Below, one piece after another: positions 1 through 9,230 of a stretch of 64,000 nt of DNA. Position numbers and translations under genes: made by a program. The notes under the pieces are model-generated. The model was given only the letters and a program-made list of their open reading frames with translations, did no database searches and was not told the DNA's origin. The stretch's first letter is position 1. Each line of letters begins with the position of its first letter. Origin of the DNA: Myxococcota bacterium (GTDB taxonomy: Bacteria > Myxococcota_A > Polyangia > Nannocystales > Nannocystaceae); the NCBI GenBank assembly GCA_039028615.1, contig JBCCHT010000006.1:240985-304984 (forward strand), written 5' to 3'.

Positions 1-82
1 CCCCCGGTACGTACCGATCACTCCAGGCTCGCGGTCGCGCGCTCCCACCTGGGCCTACCGCCCGACCGCGCGACGCGAACGC

Positions 83-838
83 TCAGGTCTTGCGACGACG
101 CAGCAGCTCGGGACGGCCTTCGAGCGCCTTGTTGAGCTCGGCCACCTCTTCGGGCTTCACGTAGCTCAGGCTCGTCGCGCCGGCCAGGTAGAGCTTCACG
201 ATGTGCTGCTCGCCCTCGACCACGGTCTCGAAGGACTCGCAGCGCTCGATGCTCGTCATCAGCCGCCCCATGCGTGGCGACTTGAACTTGTGCGCCTTGA
301 TCTCCCGCTTGTAGCGGAAGACCTTCTTCACCTTGAAGCCCTGCGTGCCCTCGGCGCGGGTGAACGAGTCGACCACGTCGTTGAGCCGCGAGTTCATCGC
401 GTTGTTCTGCTGACGCAGCTCGTTGTGCTCGAGGTCGCTGATGTCGGCATCGTGATGCCCCATCACCGTTTGCTCCTCGAGCTCACCGTTGTCGACGGCC
501 CACTTTCGGCACTCGACCTGAACCCGGCGCCGATGGAAGAGCGACGCCACCGTCTTGAGCACGAGCAGCGGCACTTTCGCCTCGCCTTGGACCAGACGCG
601 CCAGATCGCGAACGATCTGGTCGTCGTGCACGCGGATCGCGAGCACGCCTTCGCCGTTGTCGAGTAGCTCGAGCGCGGTGAGCTTCTCTTCCGGGTCTTC
701 TTCCTCCGGCGGCGCTTTGCCGGAGTAGGTCTTGGCGTAGCCCAGATGCGTGAGGGCCTTGTCCATGGCCTTCTCGAGCTTCGGCATCTTGAGCTCGCCT
801 CGGGCCTCTATGATTCCCAATCCCCAGTGCTGAGCCAT
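83..838 (-). CDS. Hypothetical protein (~251 aa, soluble)
   Basis: C-terminal part of ORF 83..1123. Protein-like composition starts at MAQHWGLG (ATG 838, preceded by GAGGGA); the upstream extension is R/P-rich noise. No family recognised. Confidence 0.75.
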   Translation of the reverse strand: MAQHWGLGIIEARGELKMPKLEKAMDKALTHLGYAKTYSGKAPPEEEDPEEKLTALELLDNGEGVLAIRVHDDQIVRDLARLVQGEAKVPLLVLKTVASLFHRRRVQVECRKWAVDNGELEEQTVMGHHDADISDLEHNELRQQNNAMNSRLNDVVDSFTRAEGTQGFKVKKVFRYKREIKAHKFKSPRMGRLMTSIERCESFETVVEGEQHIVKLYLAGATSLSYVKPEEVAELNKALEGRPELLRRRKT

Positions 839-936
839 GAGTCCCTCGTCGGGCGCCGAGTATGGCACAGGCCCCCTGGTCGGGAAAAATCGCCAAAAAC
901 TGGCCCCTCCACGGGGGGCTACGGCACGGTGGCCGC

Positions 937-1062
937 ATGCCCACCCTCCGACACATCGACGAGCTGCTCGGTAACGCCTGGGCCTGGGACGAGGACGACG
1001 ACGAGCCCGAGGGCCGCGCCACGGACGAAGAGCCCGGCTCCCGGACCGACGACTGCCCCTAA
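937..1062 (+). CDS. Putative small acidic protein (41 aa)
   Basis: MPTLRHIDELLGNAWAWDEDDDEPEGRATDEEPGSRTDDCP; 37 of the 40 codons after the ATG end in G/C; lies in an otherwise empty gap. Confidence 0.45.
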   Translation: MPTLRHIDELLGNAWAWDEDDDEPEGRATDEEPGSRTDDCP

Positions 1063-1182
1063 AAGGCGTTCTACTGCGGTTTCCCGGGGGTTTGGCCCGC
1101 GCGATTCCGCTGACCGCGCGCATCCCGGCTCGCCCCCGTGGCGCGAACGCGTCATCATTGAGGTTCGCCCCGAGGCACGCCC

Positions 1183-1692
1183 ATGGCCAAGGCCCAGCTC
1201 CCCGTCTTCATCACCCCCGAGGGGTACGCCAAGCTCCAAGCCGAGGCGGACCACCTGTGGAAGGTGGAGCGGCCCAAGGTCACACGTGAAGTCGAGGCCG
1301 CGGCCGCCCTGGGCGATCGCTCCGAGAACGCGGAATACAAGTACGGAAAGCGGCGGCTCCGAGAGATCGACAGCCGGATGCTCTTTCTCAAGCGCCGCAT
1401 GGAGAAGCTCAAGGTCATCCATCCCGCGGCTCAAGCCGCCGCGGGCACGGACAAGGCGGGCTTCGGCGCCTGGGTGACCATCGAAGACGACGACGGGGCT
1501 CGGTTCTGCTATCGGCTGGTCGGACCCGACGAGCCCGATCCCGACAACGGGCACATCAGCATCCGCTCGCCGGTCGGTGCCGCCCTGCTGGGCAAGCACA
1601 TCGACGACGAGGTGGAGGTCCGACGCCCGCGCGGCGAGGCCTACTACACCATCGTGTCCGTCGCGTACGGCGAGCGCCCCCCCGACGTCTAG
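1183..1692 (+). CDS. greB: Transcription elongation factor GreB
   Basis: ITPEGYAKL...LWKVERPKVT...AAALGDRSENAEYKYGKRRLREIDSR and ISIRSPVGAALLGK match GreB rather than GreA. Confidence 0.93.
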   Translation: MAKAQLPVFITPEGYAKLQAEADHLWKVERPKVTREVEAAAALGDRSENAEYKYGKRRLREIDSRMLFLKRRMEKLKVIHPAAQAAAGTDKAGFGAWVTIEDDDGARFCYRLVGPDEPDPDNGHISIRSPVGAALLGKHIDDEVEVRRPRGEAYYTIVSVAYGERPPDV

Positions 1693-1707
1693 AGCCCTCG
1701 AGGCCGA

Positions 1708-4700
1708 CTAGAGCGCTTCCGCGAACGCTCGCGCGAACTCCATCGGGTAGGGTCGATCGGCGGGGTTCATGGCCGTCGCCGCGCGCAGCAGCTTGGCGAC
1801 CTCGGTCGGGTAGACCCGCAGCGGGCTGTCGTCCTCGAAGGGGTCGCGCTGCATGTGGGCGAGGATGCGATCGCGGTAGTTCTCGACGTCCTCGAAGAAC
1901 GAGCGCCCGGTGGTGACGTTGAAGATGGTCCCCGCCAGCGCGTAGACGTCGGCGCGCGGGTCGAGCTCGACGGGATCGAGCACCTGCTCGGGAGCGATAT
2001 AGCCCACGGTGCCCGCCACGAAGCGGCCGCCGACATCGGGCGCGACCTTGGCCGCCCGCACCATGCCGAAGTCGATGACCACCGTGGACAGCGGCGCGGC
2101 CACGGCTGGGTCGCGGTGCTTGGCCGGGTCGAAGCGCTCACCGCCTTGCAGCGGCAGCCGCAGCCACAGGTTGGCCGGCTTGATGTCGCGATGGATGAGC
2201 CCCGCGGTGTGCAGCGCCGACAGCCCCGCGCAGGTGTCGAGCACCACCTTGCGCAGCTCGAATAGCGACATCTTGCGCGCCGCCGCGTACTGCTTGAGGT
2301 CGGCCCCGATGAGGTACTCGAGCACGAGATAGGGGGAGCCGTTGGAGACCCCGCGATCGATGATGTTGGCGACGTTGGGGTGATAAAGGCCCGCCAGCGC
2401 GGCCGCCTCTTCCACGAACGAAGCCAAGATGCCCTCGCGTTCGAAGTCCGAGGCGGCCTCGAGCGCCTCGACCTTGGGGATCTTGAGCACGAAGAGCCGA
2501 TCGGCGCCGGGCTTGCGGACGAGCCACACCGTGCCCACGCCGCCTTCGCCGAGCGACTTGACCAGCTCGTACCCCTCGATGACGGTGATCTCTTTTTTCG
2601 CCTTGGGCGGGGGCGGAGGCGTACGCGAGATGGCGCCGCGAATCGCCGCATCGACCAGGGCCGAGACCACCGGGCCGAGCGAGGCCAGCCACACCTCGAC
2701 GATGGAGGGATCGCGGGCGGAGATGGCCCGCGCCACCAAGCTGGCGACACGCGGCGCGTTGGGGGCCGCGTCGCGGGTCAACGAGTCCGGCATCTCGCCG
2801 CCGGGCTCGGCCGTGTGCAGCGCCTTGACGGGGTCGGCCAGGGCACGGACCAGGCGATCGGAGGCGAGCACCAGCTCGACGCACAGCCCCTCGAGGCCCG
2901 CGCTTCGCCCCACCGCCCCGGAGAAGCCTCCGATGGCGCGCGACAGGCCCACCAAGGCCTGCGCGAGCTCGGTCTCGGCGGCGTGCAACGAGTGCAACGC
3001 GGCCTCGGCTTGCAGGATCCAGTCGGGATTGGCCGCCCCCGCCGACACGGCCGTGCGCAGCACCTCGGCCCGATCGCAGCACGAGGCCAGCGCATCGTCG
3101 TCGACCATGGGCAGCGCGTTGGCCAGTCGCCGCAGCACGGCGGGGCGATCGACGACCAGCGCCCACCAAGCGGCAAAGGGCCCCAGCCACTCTTCGTCGT
3201 CGTCATCGATGCCGCGGGTCGTGCCGCGGGTGGTGTCGACCAGCCGCCAGAACACGTCGCTGAGCGCTCGCTCGAGCACGGGCGGGAAGGTCCGCGAGCC
3301 ATCGGACAGCCCCTCGAGCTTACGGAGCCACCGACAGGTGTGGTGCGCCGTCTTGCCGTCGGTGCGATGGTCGGTGGTGCAGGGGTTGGACCCCGCGTCG
3401 AGGGCATAGCCGCCGAGGGTCAGCGCCAGTACTTCGAGCGGAACGTCGACGTGCAGCTCGGCTCCGTCGTCGCGCCGACGCTGCCGTACGACCTCGAGGA
3501 TCTCGGCCGGCATCTGCAAGATGGCCGTGCGGGCGTCCTCGGGCTGCTGCACCTCGACCGCCTCGCCGCGGGGGTTGGTGGCCAACAGCGGCGCCCACAG
3601 CCCGAGCGCGAAGGCCCGCGTACAGGCGACCAACGAGTTCATGGCGGCGGCGCGATGCCGCGGCCGGTCGGTGCTCATCGAGATGCGATGGGTCTCGACG
3701 ATCGCGGGGCCGAGCGCGGCGGCGAAACGAGCCGCCCGGGCGTCCGCCTCCTCGTCGTCGTACTGCGCCGCGATGCGCACCAGGTTGTCCATGCCGCGCT
3801 CGAGATCCAGCGGGTCGCGCTCGGCTCCGTCGAGCACGTCGGTGATCGCGATGACCTCGATCCAGCCTCGCAGGTCCTCGGGGCTCGACGAGGGCGGGAA
3901 GCGAGCGATGTCGCGAAGCGCCCGCAGCGGGCTCGCCACGGGGTCGTTGGTGTTGCCGCCCCGCCACAGCGCCGCCAGACCGCGGGCCAACGAAGCCGCC
4001 GCCAGCGGGCCGCCGTCGCCGTCGAGGATGCGCGTGCACAGCCGCGTCCAGATGTCGTTGCGCTCGTGGAACAGATACGGCGTGGCCGCGGCCGCGGCCG
4101 CCAGGACCCAGGGATCTTCGTCGGGCGACGACACGATGGCGCGCAGCTGCCCCGCCATGAACCCCAGGCGCTCGGCGGGCACCGAGGCCAGCGCGGTGAT
4201 GGCCCGCTGCCGCAGCACCTTGGTCTCGCCGTTGACCCAGTCGAGCAGCATGCCTTGGAGCTGCTCCATCGGCCCGAGCAAGCGCCCGAGCGCCCGAGCG
4301 GCGTGCACCCAGACCATCGGCTCGGGATGCAGCAACAGGGGCTGGAGGGCGGCGAGCGTGGGCGCGAGCGGATCGCTCGGGCCCGACGTGGGCATGCCGC
4401 TCACGCTGATCTCCAGCCCGCGCGCCGCGAGCACGCGTCCCCGCAGCGAGCCGAAGGCCGGGCGCGAGATCATCGTGTCGAAGGTCGACGGCGAGCCCCA
4501 CATCCACGGGCCGAGCTCCGGCACATGCAGCGCGGTGGCCCCGGCCTCCCACACCAGGATCTCGAGCCGGGCACGAACTTGGGCGTGCTCGTCCCGGTCG
4601 ATCTGCGCTCCGTCGCCGAAGAGCGGAGCGCACCGCAGCGCATCGAGCAACGGCCCGGCCACCACGCGATCGCCTGCCGCCGCGGCGACCCGCGGCGCCA

Positions 4701-5022
4701 GCTCGGGGTGCTCGGCCGCCCGCTCGAGCAAGGGCGCGATGCGAGGCTGAGCCCGCCATGCGCTCGCCGAGCACCACGCCAAGATCGTCGACCCGCCCGG
4801 CCCGGCCAAAAGCGGCAGTAGGCCCGCAATGCCATCGTCGGTCTGACTCCGCTCGGGGATCTGTTGCGACAACACCGTCGCCGCCTTGGCCAGGTCACCG
4901 CTCAGCGCTCCCGGGCGCGGCGATGCGGTACGCCACCACGCGCGCACCTCCTCTTCGAGCTGGGGCGAACGAGTGACCGCCTCGGTCAGGGTTTCTACGG
5001 CCGTTTCGAGCTCGCCCACCAT
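1708..5022 (-). CDS. Hanks-type Ser/Thr protein kinase with C-terminal kinase domain and long helical N-terminal region
   Basis: GEGGVGTV, VLKIPK, HRDIKPAN, DFG, GTVGYIAPEQ and DVYALA in the last ~290 aa; N-terminal ~800 aa is Ala/Leu-rich and HEAT-like (HAARALGRL, QRAITALASV). Confidence 0.9.
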   Translation of the reverse strand: MVGELETAVETLTEAVTRSPQLEEEVRAWWRTASPRPGALSGDLAKAATVLSQQIPERSQTDDGIAGLLPLLAGPGGSTILAWCSASAWRAQPRIAPLLERAAEHPELAPRVAAAAGDRVVAGPLLDALRCAPLFGDGAQIDRDEHAQVRARLEILVWEAGATALHVPELGPWMWGSPSTFDTMISRPAFGSLRGRVLAARGLEISVSGMPTSGPSDPLAPTLAALQPLLLHPEPMVWVHAARALGRLLGPMEQLQGMLLDWVNGETKVLRQRAITALASVPAERLGFMAGQLRAIVSSPDEDPWVLAAAAAATPYLFHERNDIWTRLCTRILDGDGGPLAAASLARGLAALWRGGNTNDPVASPLRALRDIARFPPSSSPEDLRGWIEVIAITDVLDGAERDPLDLERGMDNLVRIAAQYDDEEADARAARFAAALGPAIVETHRISMSTDRPRHRAAAMNSLVACTRAFALGLWAPLLATNPRGEAVEVQQPEDARTAILQMPAEILEVVRQRRRDDGAELHVDVPLEVLALTLGGYALDAGSNPCTTDHRTDGKTAHHTCRWLRKLEGLSDGSRTFPPVLERALSDVFWRLVDTTRGTTRGIDDDDEEWLGPFAAWWALVVDRPAVLRRLANALPMVDDDALASCCDRAEVLRTAVSAGAANPDWILQAEAALHSLHAAETELAQALVGLSRAIGGFSGAVGRSAGLEGLCVELVLASDRLVRALADPVKALHTAEPGGEMPDSLTRDAAPNAPRVASLVARAISARDPSIVEVWLASLGPVVSALVDAAIRGAISRTPPPPPKAKKEITVIEGYELVKSLGEGGVGTVWLVRKPGADRLFVLKIPKVEALEAASDFEREGILASFVEEAAALAGLYHPNVANIIDRGVSNGSPYLVLEYLIGADLKQYAAARKMSLFELRKVVLDTCAGLSALHTAGLIHRDIKPANLWLRLPLQGGERFDPAKHRDPAVAAPLSTVVIDFGMVRAAKVAPDVGGRFVAGTVGYIAPEQVLDPVELDPRADVYALAGTIFNVTTGRSFFEDVENYRDRILAHMQRDPFEDDSPLRVYPTEVAKLLRAATAMNPADRPYPMEFARAFAEAL

Positions 5023-5058
5023 GCGTTGGGCGTAGCGTACCCCGAACCGGCGGCCGAA

Positions 5059-7656
5059 TCAGCCGACGATGGCCCGCAACCGGAGTAAGGGCTCGTCGAC
5101 CGCATCGGGCTCGCGCAGGTCGACCTCCGCCTGCACGCGCCACGGCGAGGGCCCTTGGGGGCCCACCAGCGTGTGCTCGACCGACCACCGTCGCTCGCCC
5201 GCCGACTCGATCTTGGTCAGCGCAGGGGCCCGGGCCTCGGCCCCGAAATGCAGCGTTCCTTCTTCCTCGAACACCGGTTCCAGCGCTTTTTCGAGGCGCT
5301 CCACCGTCCACGCGTCGTCGGGATCGACGGCCAGACCGACCAGCGCTTCTTCGTGGTCGCCCATCGCCATCGCCTTGGCCACCGCGTGCAGCTCGGCGCG
5401 AACGCGGGCCGTCAACGCCTTTTTGTCCTTGGCCAGGTCGTAGGGCTCGGGCTCGGCCTCTTCTTCCACCTCGGCGTCCGACTCGCCGGGCTCCGGGCCG
5501 CCCTTCAAGATCCGCTCCCACTCGCTGACCAGGCTCGAGTCCACCCGCGCGAGCATGGCCCGCAAGAACGCGATCACGTCCTCGACCTCTTGGTTGTGAT
5601 AACTGACGGGGACGTTCTGCAGCAGGGTCTTGTAGGTCTGGCTCAGGTAGCGCAGCAGCACGCCTTCGATACGGCCGAGCCCGTACTCCTTGACGTACTC
5701 GTTGAAGCTGGCGAAGCGCTCCTGCATGTCGCGGGCGACCGACTTGGGGGCGACGTTCTCGCCCCGTACCCACGGGTGCCCGGTCCGAAACTCGTCGAAG
5801 GTCCGATAGATGAGGTCGGCCAGCGGCTTGGGGTAGTCCGCCTTCTCGAGCTCGGTCATGCGGTCTTCGTACTCGACGCCTTCTTGCTTGAGGCGCGCCA
5901 CGAGCTCGCCCTTGACGTAGTCGAGCTGGCGCATGAGCACCGCCCGCGGGTTCTCGAGGATCGACTCGACCAGGCTGAGCACGTCGAGCCCGAAGCCCTC
6001 CGACTCGGCGTCGAGCTGCGCCAGCGCCTCGAGCAGGTACAGCGACAGCGTGTGGTGGAGCGAGAAGTCGCGCTGCAGGCCCGGGCTCACCCGCACGCAG
6101 CGTCGCGGCCAGCCCTCGGGGCGCTCGACCTCGATGATCTCGGCCTCCCGCAGGTGTCGAAACAGCATCGCCGCCTGTCGACGATGCCGCTTGCGGGCCC
6201 CCGAGCGCTCGTAGGACCGCCCGATGATCTCGATGATCGTCTTGTACCCGCCGTGGGGCTGATCGACGTTGAACTCGCGATCGAGCACCGTCATCAGCAT
6301 GCCGTGCGTGACCGAGAACCGGGACTCGAGCGCCTCCGGGTCGGACTCGATCAGCTTTTGGAAGGTGTGCTCGTCCCAGGGCACGTAGCCGCGCTCGGGC
6401 GGCTTCTTTCGCACGAAGCGCTTCTTGTTGCCCTTGCCCGCCGCCGCCTTGGCCTCGAGCTTCTTGTTCTCGATGACGTGCTCGGGCGCCTGAGCCAGCA
6501 CCCAGCCGTGATCGTCGAAGCCCTTGCGACCGGCTCGACCCGCGATCTGCTTGAAGTCCCGCACCGCCAAGATGCGCACCTTCTCGCCGTCGAACTTGCA
6601 CAGCTTGGTGAACAGCACGGAGCGAATGGGCACGTTGACGCCCACGCCGAGCGTGTCGGTGCCCGAGATGATCTTGAGCAATCCCTGCTGCGACAGGCGC
6701 TCGACCAAGGTGCGGTACTTGGGCAGCAGGCCCGCGTGGTGCAGGCCGATCCCGTGGTGGAGGAAGCGCTTGATGTCCTTGCCGTAGTGGGTATCGAAGC
6801 GAAAGTTGCCGATCACCTTGGCGATCGCCCGCTTCTCTTCCTTGGTGCACAGGTTCACGCTGGTGAGGTTCTGCGCCTGCTCGGCCGCCTCGCGCTGGGT
6901 GAAGTTCACCACGTACACGGGGGCTCGACCGGCTGCGGCCAAGTCCCCGATGGTCTCGTGGAGCGGCGTCTCGCGGTACTCGAACTCGAGCGGCACCGGG
7001 CGCTGGCGCGAGCGCACCACCGTGACCGGCTTGCCCGTGAACGCCTCGATCTGCCGTTCGAACTCCCCGACGTTGCCCAGCGTCGCCGACATCAACAAGA
7101 AGGTCGCGTGAGGCATGGTCAATAGCGGCAGCTGCCACGCCATGCCCCGATCTGCGTCGCTGTAGTAGTGGAACTCATCCATCACCACGATGTCGGTCGA
7201 GGTGTACGCCCCGTCGCGGAGGGCCTGGTTCGCCAAAATCTCGGCGGTGCAGCACTGCACGGGCGCGCGCGGGTTGATCGACGCGTCACCCGTCATCATT
7301 CCGACGTTTTGCGCCCCGAGCTGTCGGCACAAGTCGAAGAACTTCTCGCTCACCAGCGCCTTGATGGGGCTGGTGTAGGCGCTGCGCTTGCCTTGGCACA
7401 GCGCCTTGAAGTGCAGCGCCAGGGCGACCATCGACTTGCCCGACCCGGTCGGAGTGGCGAGCACCAAGTGCTGCCCGCCCATGAGCTCCAAGATCGCCTC
7501 TTCCTGGGCGTCATAAAGGTCGATCCCCCGCTGGCCTACCCACTCGAGGAAGCGCTCGAGGATTTCGTCTCCGTCGAGCGTGCCTTCGGTCGGGAGGTAC
7601 TGCTCGAGGGTGGCTGCGTCAGCGGAGGGCGGCACAGGGGGCTGAGCGTATCTCAC
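5059..7656 (-). CDS. Ski2-like DEAD/DEAH-box helicase (DUF3516-type C-terminus)
   Basis: [39 protein letters not shown] and QIAGRAGR helicase motifs; exact start uncertain. Confidence 0.9.
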   Translation of the reverse strand: MRYAQPPVPPSADAATLEQYLPTEGTLDGDEILERFLEWVGQRGIDLYDAQEEAILELMGGQHLVLATPTGSGKSMVALALHFKALCQGKRSAYTSPIKALVSEKFFDLCRQLGAQNVGMMTGDASINPRAPVQCCTAEILANQALRDGAYTSTDIVVMDEFHYYSDADRGMAWQLPLLTMPHATFLLMSATLGNVGEFERQIEAFTGKPVTVVRSRQRPVPLEFEYRETPLHETIGDLAAAGRAPVYVVNFTQREAAEQAQNLTSVNLCTKEEKRAIAKVIGNFRFDTHYGKDIKRFLHHGIGLHHAGLLPKYRTLVERLSQQGLLKIISGTDTLGVGVNVPIRSVLFTKLCKFDGEKVRILAVRDFKQIAGRAGRKGFDDHGWVLAQAPEHVIENKKLEAKAAAGKGNKKRFVRKKPPERGYVPWDEHTFQKLIESDPEALESRFSVTHGMLMTVLDREFNVDQPHGGYKTIIEIIGRSYERSGARKRHRRQAAMLFRHLREAEIIEVERPEGWPRRCVRVSPGLQRDFSLHHTLSLYLLEALAQLDAESEGFGLDVLSLVESILENPRAVLMRQLDYVKGELVARLKQEGVEYEDRMTELEKADYPKPLADLIYRTFDEFRTGHPWVRGENVAPKSVARDMQERFASFNEYVKEYGLGRIEGVLLRYLSQTYKTLLQNVPVSYHNQEVEDVIAFLRAMLARVDSSLVSEWERILKGGPEPGESDAEVEEEAEPEPYDLAKDKKALTARVRAELHAVAKAMAMGDHEEALVGLAVDPDDAWTVERLEKALEPVFEEEGTLHFGAEARAPALTKIESAGERRWSVEHTLVGPQGPSPWRVQAEVDLREPDAVDEPLLRLRAIVG

Positions 7657-7735
7657 AACCCCGCGACGTCGTCATCCGCGAGCCCCCCCGGACTCGCGGA
7701 AGCACCACGGAATTGACGTTGCCTTCGAAAAGGGA

Positions 7736-7980
7736 CTGGGCCCGTCTCGGGGGAGAGACGAGCCCAGGTGGGGATTGAGCCTCGCGTCGGGGGAGATACG
7801 AGGTCTCTTCGGGGATGGCCTCCGAACTCGGGGGAGAGGGAGGAGGCCGGGGTCGAACTCGGGAACCGGGGAGAACCCGAGTCGGACGAAGTGGGGAAGA
7901 CTTGGGGTCGGGCGGCTCACGCGCCCCGGAGGGGAACCGGGGGCGGGGGAAGTAGGGGAAGGCGGAGCCTGCCCGACCCC
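7736..7980. ncRNA. Candidate structured RNA: tandem hairpins with recurring GGGGA (+) / UCCCC (-) motif
   Basis: Hairpins at 7736-7767, 7777-7807, 7817-7848, 7857-7882 and 7889-7903, plus a stem 7904-7918/7965-7980; ten GGGGA motifs, mostly in loops and linkers. Confidence 0.55.
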
Positions 7981-7986
7981 GGCGGA

Positions 7987-8865
7987 CTACTCGAGGTCGT
8001 ACTGCTTGAGCTTGCGGTACAGAGTGGTCTTGCCGATGTGCAGCAGTCGAGCGGCCTTGCGCTTGTTGCCGCGGGCGTAGCTCAGCGCGCGACGGATGGC
8101 TTGCTTCTCGGCCTCTTCGAGGCAGAGCTGACGCTCGGGCGACTCGGCGCGAGTCTGGTGCACGTCGCGAACGCGAAGCTTGGCCGGAAGGTCGCGAAGC
8201 TCGATCTGCTCCGACGCACCGGCTGCGATGGCGTGGACCATGACCTCTTCGAGCTCGTCGACGTTGCCGGGCCAGGGGTAGCTGCGCAGGCAGTCGAGGG
8301 CGTTGTCGGCGATGCCACCGATGGGGCGTCGGGTGGGCGTGCGCCGGATGATGTCCATGGCCAGCAGCTCGAGGTCTTCGATGCGCTCGGCCAAGGTCGG
8401 CACGTCGATGCGAACTCCGCTGGCCCAGCGAACGATCTGCGGGTGAAGGCGGTTGCGGCCTTCCTCGCTCTCGGGGCGAAGCTGAGTGCCGATGACGATG
8501 CGGCCGAGGCCGGTCAGCGCGGGAAGGCGAGCTTGCTCTTCGAGGGGGAGGTCTTCGAGATCGCCGAGGTAGGTGAACCCACCGAGACCAACGAGGCGCG
8601 ACTGCTGGTCGCAGGCGCGGATGACCTCGAGCGCGGGGGACTCACCTCCACTAAAGTGGTGAAGGACCCGGGCGATGGTCTCTCGACCGGTGCCCGTGGC
8701 TCCGACCAACAAAACAGGGAGGTTGCTCCGAACGGCGCGATGCACCAACGCCTGCACACGGCGAGACGCAGGCGCGTGGCCTACGAACACCGGAGGCGGA
8801 GTACGAATCCGCGCCTCGGCAATGTTGTCGGAGAACGATGGGGAGAAATGATCGGCGATTTGCAT
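7987..8865 (-). CDS. Degenerate sigma54-activator-like regulator with C-terminal Fis HTH
   Basis: PVLLVGATGTGRE, YPWPGNVDEL and RGNKRKAARLLHIGKTTLYRKLKQY; no GAFTGA loop and no receiver domain. Start chosen at MQIADH. Confidence 0.85.
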   Translation of the reverse strand: MQIADHFSPSFSDNIAEARIRTPPPVFVGHAPASRRVQALVHRAVRSNLPVLLVGATGTGRETIARVLHHFSGGESPALEVIRACDQQSRLVGLGGFTYLGDLEDLPLEEQARLPALTGLGRIVIGTQLRPESEEGRNRLHPQIVRWASGVRIDVPTLAERIEDLELLAMDIIRRTPTRRPIGGIADNALDCLRSYPWPGNVDELEEVMVHAIAAGASEQIELRDLPAKLRVRDVHQTRAESPERQLCLEEAEKQAIRRALSYARGNKRKAARLLHIGKTTLYRKLKQYDLE

Positions 8866-9230
8866 CGGGGGCTTCCGCTCTCGCGAGGGGTTTCCTGCAA
8901 CCGGCATGCGAGATGCCACTAGGAACGCCGAAGATCCGTATTTTCAACGATTTGCCGGCGATGCGCGACTTTGTCTAGTGTCAAAGTAGTGTTTACCCTT
9001 AGTAAAACCGTCATGATGATGGCGGCTTGGGCCACCAACGACCACCCAAGGCCCAATGTCGGACAAAAAATCGTCAGGGGTTTGGCACCCGAGTTCCCGT
9101 TCGAGCCACGGGACTCTGACGGTCCGCTTTCGGATCGAGATCGTCCCGCATTGAGATCCCGACCACGCGGCTGGCGCCGGCACGGATCGATCGCTTGCGC
9201 CAGGAGCAGGGACCCGGCAAAAGGTGCGTC

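Noticed and set aside
7672..7920. 82-aa ORF over the hairpin array
   Set aside because: The Pro/Ser-rich translation is a by-product of the TCCCC motifs, and its codon pattern is unlike real genes here.
7736..7980. Hairpin array as a CRISPR array or G-quadruplex island
   Set aside because: The conserved part is only 5-10 nt, the variable parts pair with each other, and no cas genes are present. A G4 is possible but does not explain the paired stems.
9082..9100. TGGCAC as a sigma54 promoter
   Set aside because: No TTGC/GC at the required -12 spacing.
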